64,000 nt of DNA. It comes from a virus. The notes beneath the pieces are model-generated. The model saw only the letters and a program-made list of their open reading frames with translations, did no database searches and was not told the origin of the DNA. The DNA lies in the IMG/VR virus record IMGVR_UViG_3300017766_002493, positions 1 through 64,000 of that record. The stretch is one strand, 5' to 3'. Made by a program: the position numbers and the translations under genes. Shown here one piece after another: positions 10,586-20,100 of this stretch. Numbering within the stretch: the first letter of the stretch is position 1; each line of letters opens with the position of its first letter.

Positions 10586-12967
10586 TTAATCTAAAAATTC
10601 TATTGTTCCACCTTCTGCCATAAATCTTGCTATATCTTTATCGGACAAATACATTATATCTCCTACTTGGCCGCCATCAGGATATAAGTTTCCACCATAT
10701 CTGCTTATGTTGCTATTTTGGAATGCTCTTCCTTGATCATGTAATTGAAAACCTGTTTGATATGGATCTTGTAAACTTGCCGCATTATAAGGATCAATCA
10801 TATTGAATCCTTTATCAACACGATTATCAGCAAGGTAATTAGCATCAGCAGATGTTTTAGCAAAAGCTTGATCTTCTAATCCTTTTCCTATTCTATGATA
10901 ATTAACTAAATCTGTTGTTGCTTGCATTATGCTAGGCATAGATTTCATAACTTTTTGACCTACACCCGTAAAAGGATTAAGATTTTGATCATACTGATAT
11001 CCTACATCTTTAGTAATTAAATTACTATTATCAAATCCACCTGCAGCTTTTGGTAAGTAATAACCACCATAAGCATAGTTACCAGAACTAACATCTTTCA
11101 TATATTGAACACCTTCATCCATTAAATTGTCATCTTGATTATTATAATCAATATCAGGTGACATTGATGGATCTTTTACATCCATAAATTGATCTTTATA
11201 TTTTGATGCATCAAAACCCGTTTCAGAATCTATTGGTTTTTTCCAATTAGCTTCTGATGAAAGAATATTTGTAGGTTTATTACCTTTAGCAATAGCTCTT
11301 TCATTTCTTCTAATATCTCTTTTTTCTCTCATTCTATCAAAGAATCCTGGTTTATTTGCTTCAGCTGGAGCAGCAGGATTAGGAGATGCACCTGGACTAG
11401 TTGGTGCAGCTCCAGGTTGAGTAGTTCCAGTACTTGAATTACCTATATTATATTTTATACTAAAACTTTTTGGTCCTAAAAGTTTATTAAATAACTTTCT
11501 ATTTTGTTGTGAATATTCAAGACTAATTCCTTTATCTTTAAGATACTGTTGAGCAGCAGCTAATTGATTAGGATCCATCTTAGACATATTACCAAAATTA
11601 AAATTACCTGTATTTCCTGAAGCATTTCCATAAACATTACCAGCATTTGGATTAAATATTCCTGGACCATAGCTTCTTAATCTAAACTTACCATATTGGT
11701 TTCTACCTTTATAATCAAAAGGATCACCAAAGGTTGGAGCAAAAGCATATCTTCCTGATTGATTAGGATTTGTTCCAAAGTATTGACCAAGTAGTTGTGC
11801 TAAATCATATGACTGATTTTGTTGACCAGCATTACTAGTAGGATATTTTTCTTCTAATTGTTTTCTTAGTATTTGAGCTTGATTTAAACCAGCATAAGGA
11901 TCTTGATTAGTTCTGCTTGAAGGAGGAGCTGGTATAAAAGGTTTACCTTTTGCAAATAAATTACCTGGATCAGGACCTATATTTTTACTAAATCCTCCAC
12001 CTGGATAAAATCTAGGTACATTAAAGCTACCACCACGAGCTGCCTCAGCTCCTGCCATTGTAGAAGCAGCAAAGTTTTGCGCAGCTTCTGTTTGAGCATT
12101 GATAGCATTTCTATTATTCATAAACTGCTTGCCAATATCAAATAAATTTTTACCAGCTTGTTGTGTAGAATTCATAGCTTGATTTTTATATTCATCTGCC
12201 ATGTTATTATACATATCAGCTTGAGCTTGTGCATTAGGATTTCTCATAGAATCCCAATCATAATCCATACCTCCACCATAGTTAAAAGCCATTGGCTCAA
12301 CTTGGTTATTTTGCATTAGATTGTTTAAGATAGCTTTACCTTCATCTTCTGCTCTTGATATAGTAGCATTTTTTTGTAACTTACTAACAAAGTTATTTCT
12401 AATCTTTTCAGGATAGTTAATAGGATCTGTATCAGCTTCCATTTGAGAAGCATTACCTCCATAAGCATATTTCATGTAGTTGTCTACAAAGTTTTTAAGA
12501 AATGTTTTCTTATCTCCTTTAGACATACCTCCAAAATCCATAACAGGTGGCATCTGACCATAACCCAGTGGTGAAGCAGATCCTCCGTATTGACCACCTT
12601 CTTCCATGTGTTGGCAATTTACACAGCTATCACTACCTGTATATTCTGAACTCCACCCTCTACCGCTGAAGAATACATCTGCTGGTGGTTGTTGAGGATA
12701 AGCTATTCCACCATTTGCGTATTGAGGTTGCCAAGGATAACCACTGAAGAAAACATTTTCAGTAGGTTGTTGTGGATAGGCTATCCCTCCTTCCTGGTAG
12801 AAAGCTGCTGGTATAGCAACCATATTTGATACGGGGCCACCTTTAGCCATTTCTTGAGAATAAAAATCATCCCACTTTGATTCATCATCAAACATATCAT
12901 AGAATGTTTCTCTGCCTTCAGGAGTATCTGGTAAACCTACATAAGCTAATCTTTCTGCTGCTGTCAT
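10586..12967 (-). CDS. Low-complexity cargo protein with many xxxGG motifs (793 aa)
   Basis: G/N/Q/M-rich; about 15 xxxGG motifs; internal repeat GGIAYPQQP..VFFSG. Confidence 0.55.
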   Translation of the reverse strand: MTAAERLAYVGLPDTPEGRETFYDMFDDESKWDDFYSQEMAKGGPVSNMVAIPAAFYQEGGIAYPQQPTENVFFSGYPWQPQYANGGIAYPQQPPADVFFSGRGWSSEYTGSDSCVNCQHMEEGGQYGGSASPLGYGQMPPVMDFGGMSKGDKKTFLKNFVDNYMKYAYGGNASQMEADTDPINYPEKIRNNFVSKLQKNATISRAEDEGKAILNNLMQNNQVEPMAFNYGGGMDYDWDSMRNPNAQAQADMYNNMADEYKNQAMNSTQQAGKNLFDIGKQFMNNRNAINAQTEAAQNFAASTMAGAEAARGGSFNVPRFYPGGGFSKNIGPDPGNLFAKGKPFIPAPPSSRTNQDPYAGLNQAQILRKQLEEKYPTSNAGQQNQSYDLAQLLGQYFGTNPNQSGRYAFAPTFGDPFDYKGRNQYGKFRLRSYGPGIFNPNAGNVYGNASGNTGNFNFGNMSKMDPNQLAAAQQYLKDKGISLEYSQQNRKLFNKLLGPKSFSIKYNIGNSSTGTTQPGAAPTSPGASPNPAAPAEANKPGFFDRMREKRDIRRNERAIAKGNKPTNILSSEANWKKPIDSETGFDASKYKDQFMDVKDPSMSPDIDYNNQDDNLMDEGVQYMKDVSSGNYAYGGYYLPKAAGGFDNSNLITKDVGYQYDQNLNPFTGVGQKVMKSMPSIMQATTDLVNYHRIGKGLEDQAFAKTSADANYLADNRVDKGFNMIDPYNAASLQDPYQTGFQLHDQGRAFQNSNISRYGGNLYPDGGQVGDIMYLSDKDIARFMAEGGTIEFLD

Positions 12968-13025
12968 GTTGTTTTAAATTATGCTGTTAATATACAATTA
13001 TTTTTTAAACTTATTATATTTATTG

Positions 13026-16000
13026 TTAATAGTTATTTAACCATCCTTGAGTTGAACCACCTTTATTCATTTTTCTTGAGTGCTCTTTAAGATATTTTAC
13101 AGCATCAAAAGATCCACCAAACTTTTTAATAAACTCGTAGTATCCAGTTTCTATAGGATCTTCACCTGCTATAGGATTATTTTTTACATAACCTTGTTTA
13201 TTCCAAGAATTCCATGCTCTTTTAGCTCTCTTCTCTTTTTCTAAAAATCCGGTTATTTTATTTGGTAAATCTGTATCTGCAAAATGCTTAAAAGATCTAA
13301 GATTTCCTTTAGTATCTTTTATACCATGATGAACACCTCTATATAAAGTTAAACCAAAACTATTATTATTATTATATTCTATTTCTTTTATTTTACCATC
13401 AGCTATTTCATAAGCAGCTTGTTCAAAACCTTTTAATCTATCTGGATCAGAAACAGCATTTGGATGAACCTCAAGTAACTCATCATAAGCTCTACGAGCT
13501 AAAACATCTCTTGCTTCTTCTTTAGTATAATTTTTAGCACCATTTGCAAATTGTTTTCCAAAAGCATAACCATGTTGATTATAAGCAAGACCTGTAGAAT
13601 TAATAGTATTACCACCAAGATTTATAGTTCCAAGTATTTTTCCATTCTTATCTACAAGATGTTTTGGAGCAAAATAACTTCCAGTTGTTACTACAGATAA
13701 TTGATCATCAGGATCTAATCCTTGCGCTTTTAATTCTTCAACTCTTTCTGTTCTTAGCCATTTAGTAGATTTAGCATCTTCTAACTCATGTTCTAATTTA
13801 CCAATAATAAATCTTCTCTGCTCACCTTTAGGATCTGCATAATCTTCATCAATTGATTTTTTTAACTCATTTATACTAGTTTCTAAATCTTCTATTCTAG
13901 AATCTAATTGATTTGTAGGTAAAAAGTGTTGGTCAAAATTTTGTACTATAGGATTAACACCATCTCTATCCTTTTGTAAAACATCAGAATAAGAAATACT
14001 ACCTGTAGATTTTTTATTTGTTTGTAAAACTTTATCTGTAATATCTTTTACTTTTTTATTAGGTATTGCTTCTACAATTTCTCTTCTTAAAACAATAGGA
14101 TCTACAACCTGAGTTGCAGGTTGATTGTATCCAAGTAAACTATTAATAGTAGATTCTGATAATTCATCGTTTCTACTACTAGCTGGTGAAGAAGAATACA
14201 AATCAATAACACGATTTTCTCTAGCAAAACGAGAAGCAATATCATCTGCAGATAAAGTTTCTCCCGATCTTCTAAATTGATTTCTAAGATTACCCAATAT
14301 TGAATTATAAGCTTCTCTAAATTGATTTGCTTGTGGTAATATTATTTCTGAAGGAGGAGGAGGAAGTTGATTTGAAGATGGTTCAACATTTGAAGCTCTT
14401 CTTTGTCTTAGATATTGTTCTATAGCATCTCCAATATCAGCACGGTTTACATCATAATATCCTGCATCCGAAGAAGATGGCTCATTGCCATATGGTGGAG
14501 TATAATCTTCATAAAGATCACCAAATGGATTTATAAATGAATCCTCAACATTTTGTGTAGGATTTGGATTATCTATTATTCCTCTTCTATATAGGTCATC
14601 TAGAAACATAGCATTCTCTTGTCTGCTAAGATTATCAAAACCTTGACCAACAAGATTTTCAAATTTATTAAACCCTTGTTTTAAAAACTTACCAATTCTT
14701 GGAGCTTCTTCATAACCTTTTTTACCAATTTGATATACACCTTTACCTAAAGCTACTGTACCTCTACCTAATCCAACTACAGCTTCTGGTGCTCCTACAG
14801 TATTAAAAGGATTCATAAGCGCAGCATCTAGTGGATTTACATTACCCATAGATTTACCTGATAATACACCAGGTATATCTCTGTAATCTGACCCTGTAGA
14901 TAAACCTCTATTCTTTAAAACATTAGCAATAGCTTGACCAGGAACATCCATAAACTGAAAAGCATTAAGTGCTCCAGTAGGAACTCCTAAAAGCTTTTCA
15001 TTGTGTATTTCTTCTTGTTCTCTTTTTGTTAAACCTGGAGTTAATGGTGCATATTTATTAGGTAAAGTACCCGGCATATAACCAGCTAGTTCTTGTAAAC
15101 CTGCTAAACTCTTTGCATAAAAACTTGGTTGAAGAAGAGTTTCATATTTTGAATTAGCTAATATTTCTTTTTCTTTGTTTGATAATTGATCTACCCAGTC
15201 TCCTCTTTCTGATAAATCAATTCCACGACTCTTAGCTATTCCTTCTATGATAGCACTATTCTTAAGATAGTCATATTCATTTGCTATATTGTTTTCTATA
15301 CTAGATGCAAACTGAGAAGGATTTACACCAAAAAGTTTATTTAAACCTCTTGGAGATTGTCTTATGACATCTTCTTTTCTTCCTCTTACAAAAGCTTCTA
15401 AAGGATTTGTCTTTTCATATTCTTGAGATAAATCACTCCACTCAGGTGCTTCAGCTTCAATAGTTACTTCTGGTAAAGTATACATCCCTGTAGTAGGATC
15501 AAATACCGGTTGTCCACCATCATCAAATTTAGAAAGTGGATTATAATATTTTTTACCACTAGGTCCAAACAAATCATAGTTTCTAGCAAACAATGTGTTT
15601 ATACTAGATTGAATATTCTTTGATGTAAATTTAGATTTGGATTTACTTCCACCTCTTTTATATTCATTTAATGATCCACCGTATTTATTATTAAGAACAT
15701 TATAAGCATCTTCTCCTTTATCAGTATACTCTAATAACTTTTTAATCCAAGGTTTTGCTAATTGTTCACCTTTTAGCCCTTGTTTTACATAAGGTATAAG
15801 TGAAGCTATTATTCCTGCATAATCCCCACCTTCTTGAGGAGTTCCTCTTAATTTGTTAATACTTATGTTTGCAACATTTGTAACAATACCTGGATCAGCT
15901 AATTGTGCTACATCCCACATTCCTTGTAATACAGCTCTTTGATCTAAATTATTAGGATTATTTGCTTGTTGCCAAGATTCTCTACCTTGTTCTAATTTTT

Positions 16001-17108
16001 TCTTATTATAATAATCAAGCTGTTCTTTTAATGCTTGTTCTTTTTTTTGCTTTTCTGTCTGCTTAGGCATTTGAGAAAAATTCAAATTATTAAAACTTGA
16101 ATTTTTTGGTGGTGGTTGTACTCCACCGGTTCTATATTTATTATCATACTTATCTAGCCAGCCTCCTTCTCTTTTTAATTCAGGCTCAGGTGTTTGTGGT
16201 AGTCTTGATTGAATTGGTTGCATATCTGGTAATCTTGTGTTTTTAAAATACTCTTGTATATTCGCTAACTCTTTTTCATATTTTGGTACAGCTCCTGTAT
16301 ATCTATAAAATTTATAATGTTCTTGATCATTTCCACCAGCACTTCTATCAGATATATCATAAAATAATCTGTTTCCTTCAACTGCATTATATACTTTTAC
16401 TTTTTTAGCTTTTCCTTTTTCATCTAATATAGGAGCTTCTGCTGCTATAGTAGTGTGATGAGGCCTATCTACAAGCTTAGCATCAGGATCTCTATAATCA
16501 GATGGAGCCATCCCATATACGATTGTCATATCTCCAGATTGAGCTTGACTAGCAGGTATTTCTTGAAAAGGCAAAGTTCCTTTTTCAACACCTCCAACAA
16601 AACCATAGTTACCTCCAATCATTGGAACATCCTTAGCACCAGCTTCTTGATAATTAAAACATCCGTAAGGTGTACAATATAATTCTCTTGTAGGAGAAGA
16701 TTGATAATCCCAATTATTATTTTTTTTATCCCATCTAGCAATATTATAAGTACCTTTTCCTGGTAAAACAGATTTTAAATCAGATGGCATTGTTTTAATA
16801 AACTGTTGTAACTCTTCTGGATTCTTAGCATTAAGCATTTTTTTAAAATGCTGATAAGCAGGTCCTTGTTCTTTAAGTATCTTATCATCAGCAGCATCAA
16901 TTTTTTTTGCTGCCGGTATAATATTACTTCTTACTTTAGATACTCTTGCTTTTTCTTTTTCTATTAATTCGGCTAAATTTTGTCTTTTAGCAAGCATATC
17001 TAAATACTCTGCTTCTACAGCTGCTGAAGAAGGAGGGTTTTTTGGCGGTGTCTCAGGATCACCTCCTCCATCATATTTATCTAACCAACCTGTATTTTTC
17101 TTTTTCAT
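13026..17108 (-). CDS. Multidomain cargo protein (1360 aa), possible N-terminal Cys/His peptidase (CHAP/NlpC-like) and C-terminal GNAT-like domain
   Basis: LYCTPYGC...GDMTIV...PHHTTIA near the N-terminus; GWLDKY-like motif three times; FGLTLYRG...AKRAW near the C-terminus. Confidence 0.5.
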   Translation of the reverse strand: MKKKNTGWLDKYDGGGDPETPPKNPPSSAAVEAEYLDMLAKRQNLAELIEKEKARVSKVRSNIIPAAKKIDAADDKILKEQGPAYQHFKKMLNAKNPEELQQFIKTMPSDLKSVLPGKGTYNIARWDKKNNNWDYQSSPTRELYCTPYGCFNYQEAGAKDVPMIGGNYGFVGGVEKGTLPFQEIPASQAQSGDMTIVYGMAPSDYRDPDAKLVDRPHHTTIAAEAPILDEKGKAKKVKVYNAVEGNRLFYDISDRSAGGNDQEHYKFYRYTGAVPKYEKELANIQEYFKNTRLPDMQPIQSRLPQTPEPELKREGGWLDKYDNKYRTGGVQPPPKNSSFNNLNFSQMPKQTEKQKKEQALKEQLDYYNKKKLEQGRESWQQANNPNNLDQRAVLQGMWDVAQLADPGIVTNVANISINKLRGTPQEGGDYAGIIASLIPYVKQGLKGEQLAKPWIKKLLEYTDKGEDAYNVLNNKYGGSLNEYKRGGSKSKSKFTSKNIQSSINTLFARNYDLFGPSGKKYYNPLSKFDDGGQPVFDPTTGMYTLPEVTIEAEAPEWSDLSQEYEKTNPLEAFVRGRKEDVIRQSPRGLNKLFGVNPSQFASSIENNIANEYDYLKNSAIIEGIAKSRGIDLSERGDWVDQLSNKEKEILANSKYETLLQPSFYAKSLAGLQELAGYMPGTLPNKYAPLTPGLTKREQEEIHNEKLLGVPTGALNAFQFMDVPGQAIANVLKNRGLSTGSDYRDIPGVLSGKSMGNVNPLDAALMNPFNTVGAPEAVVGLGRGTVALGKGVYQIGKKGYEEAPRIGKFLKQGFNKFENLVGQGFDNLSRQENAMFLDDLYRRGIIDNPNPTQNVEDSFINPFGDLYEDYTPPYGNEPSSSDAGYYDVNRADIGDAIEQYLRQRRASNVEPSSNQLPPPPSEIILPQANQFREAYNSILGNLRNQFRRSGETLSADDIASRFARENRVIDLYSSSPASSRNDELSESTINSLLGYNQPATQVVDPIVLRREIVEAIPNKKVKDITDKVLQTNKKSTGSISYSDVLQKDRDGVNPIVQNFDQHFLPTNQLDSRIEDLETSINELKKSIDEDYADPKGEQRRFIIGKLEHELEDAKSTKWLRTERVEELKAQGLDPDDQLSVVTTGSYFAPKHLVDKNGKILGTINLGGNTINSTGLAYNQHGYAFGKQFANGAKNYTKEEARDVLARRAYDELLEVHPNAVSDPDRLKGFEQAAYEIADGKIKEIEYNNNNSFGLTLYRGVHHGIKDTKGNLRSFKHFADTDLPNKITGFLEKEKRAKRAWNSWNKQGYVKNNPIAGEDPIETGYYEFIKKFGGSFDAVKYLKEHSRKMNKGGSTQGWLNNY

Positions 17109-20100
17109 TATCTAGGAGAATAAAGATTTTTATTTGACGCTAACATTATCATCATTTTTTTATTACCGCATACTAATCTACGCAAAAGTACTAAGTTAGT
17201 ATAATGTCTAAACTTTTTTCTTTGCAATTGATTTTTATTGTAATTTAAATTGTTAGGATTTAGTATTCTTACATAGCCATTAGCTTGTGTATTAAATATT
17301 AATCTTTCAGCAAATGTACCTGTCATTGTAGTAGGTGGGTACGGAGAATTAATAGGAAACTCTCCGCGGCTATCTGTAATATCCCAAAACTGATTAAAGC
17401 GATATTTGTTTTCTTCCTTAGAATAAAGTATCTGAATATTATTTGTTCCTACTTGAGGATACTGTAATATTTTAGCTGAATCATTCTTAGGTGTTAAGTT
17501 TAACTTAAGTAATCCAGAGCACTGTTCTGTATTATAAATAGTAGCTTCATCAAAGTTGAAATCTAAAACATGGTATCTATCATAGCGATTTTCTGCATAG
17601 ATAAATACTTCCATAATATACTCAACACTTCTTAAAGAGTTTACTATTGGACCAGTGTGCACATTCCACTCTATCTCAAAAGGATAATCTATACCATAGT
17701 AGTTGCAATATAAATCTACTCTTTCATTATGTATCCAAATACCATTCTCAACATTAGGATTAGCATTGATATTTTTAATACTCATGAAAGTATTTTTACC
17801 AGGTAGAAGAAGATCTGGATGCCAATCATGATATGATATAAAAGCCTGAAGCTTTGGATCATAACTAACTGTCCAAGAAGCATCTTCAAAATATTGAGGA
17901 TCTTGTAAAGTAGTGGTACCCAGTGTTTGACCATCTACAACAATATTAAAGATGTTCTTCTCCTTATAAGTAATTGTTGTACTCGCAGGTAAATCAGTCC
18001 TTAATTTATAATCCTTTTTAGTAAAATATAATATTTGGTTCTCATTATCATAAATCGATTGACAACCTACACCAATAAAAGGGTTTTCTGTTAAAGCAAA
18101 ATTTGGAAAATCTTTAACTAACTTATAAGGTAAGTATTCAGCAAACCACCATTTCATATTAGCATTAGATAGTTCCTGGATACCATCTACCAAAGCAAAA
18201 ACTTTTCCTAAACTCTGTGATATCCAATATGTTCCAACCGGTGTAGTAATAACACTCAATCTATCTTGACAAGAACCATATTCGTATGGCCTATCAGCAT
18301 TTACTACATTTTGACGAGGCTGTGAAAATAATGCGCCGTCACCTATAGTTAAAGCTGTACCAGATGTAGTTTGTAATTGATCTAATCCTCTGAAAATTAA
18401 AGGAGAACCGTTTTCAAAAAATATTACAGCTCCACTTTTATCAATAGGTTTTATACAACTAGGTCGCGATAAAAATTTCTCATAGTTGTTAGCTAAGAAA
18501 TATAACCAGTAATCTTTATCAGCTTCTTGATTAGCTGGTAAAGAATATATTATTTCATTAGGATCATATACATAACATGTCTCTGATAGTTGTGGATCAT
18601 AAGATCTCTCTTGACAATCTCCCCATGATACATAAGCTATAAAGTTTTTTGACATTGTAAAGCTTCTATCATATTTAAAGAAGTTTCCTGATTTAATAAT
18701 GCTAGTATTAAATAAATCTTTAATCTCTCTAATCGGGTAGAAATACTCGGTATCTAACTCGCCATAATCTCTAAAATCAACATTGATTTCTGATTCTACA
18801 AAGAAGTCTCTAACACCTGATGAAAACAAGTAGAAATATTGATACTTAACAGCAAAGTTTAATTGATCTAAACCTGATGCAAAACTACAAGTATATTCAT
18901 CAAGATTATATAATCCAGATGGAAGTATTCCTCCTAGGGATGCTCCGTTAATATCTAAAGTTGCAATTAATCCAAATAATCCTCCTGTAAAATCTGTTAT
19001 CTCATAAGTAGTAGTATCCAACCAATATCTTGGAAAACCTACCATTCTATGTTCTAGATAATTAAACTCAAAAAAATCTGGTTGTTCAAATAACCATTCA
19101 TAGAAAAAGAAAAAAGTATTTTTTTCAGTGTGCCTACCAATATAAACATCACCATTAAAAAGAACATCTGATTTTGATATATTTCTTCTTCTTTGGTAAC
19201 ATATACTTACGGGTACTTGTTTAACAGTATTTACTTGACCATATTGATTTCTTATTCTTTGTTTATAACCAACATAGTAACAAGATGATGTTGTATTAAA
19301 TTCTTTAGCAACAGGATCTTTTACTCTAGGTACATTGAAAAAGTTATCTGGTCCTTCAGCTAAAGCTGGAACATCGTATACTCTTTTTCTAGTATCATCT
19401 ACTATAGATGGATCTGCAATACTTGTATTGGTTTGCAATACAACATAATTAGCTCTATATAGATTATTTATTCTAAAAGATGTTCCAAAGTCTACATAAG
19501 ATGGTCCTATGTATTGCTGATTAATAATACTTTTTCTACGATTTCCTGCTGATGGAGGTGGAGCACTAGCTGAATAAAAACAATGAGAATTATATTTTAA
19601 AGCATATTGTCTAGGTGTTAAAAATGCTTTAATAAGATCTAATACAATTTGAGCATTCTCTGTTAAATTATATAAATATTGTATTGCTGAAAAAGGAGGA
19701 AGTACTCCAACTCCTGAAAAAGAATCATATAAACCATCACCTAATTCAATAACAAAAGGATCCCCATTTAAAAAGGGTGCACCAACCGCAGAAGGAATAG
19801 CATTTGCTAATCTTATTGCTGCTAAGAAACTTGTTGTACCAGAAACACCTACAAGATTTTGTACTATATTAGTTAAACCTGTGTTATAAGTAATATTTGC
19901 GCCTTGTGTTATACCTGCCATCAAACTTTGAGCAGCATCAGCAACATTGTACCAGCCATATATACCAGGATTTAATGCTCCGAATAAACCGATACTAGCA
20001 CCAGTAACTGCTCCGCCATCTGTAAAACCTGAAGTATGAGGTGAAGTATAAGTTAATTTTTTTTCACCATTTAATTTTTTTGATGTTAAAACTAAGCCTA

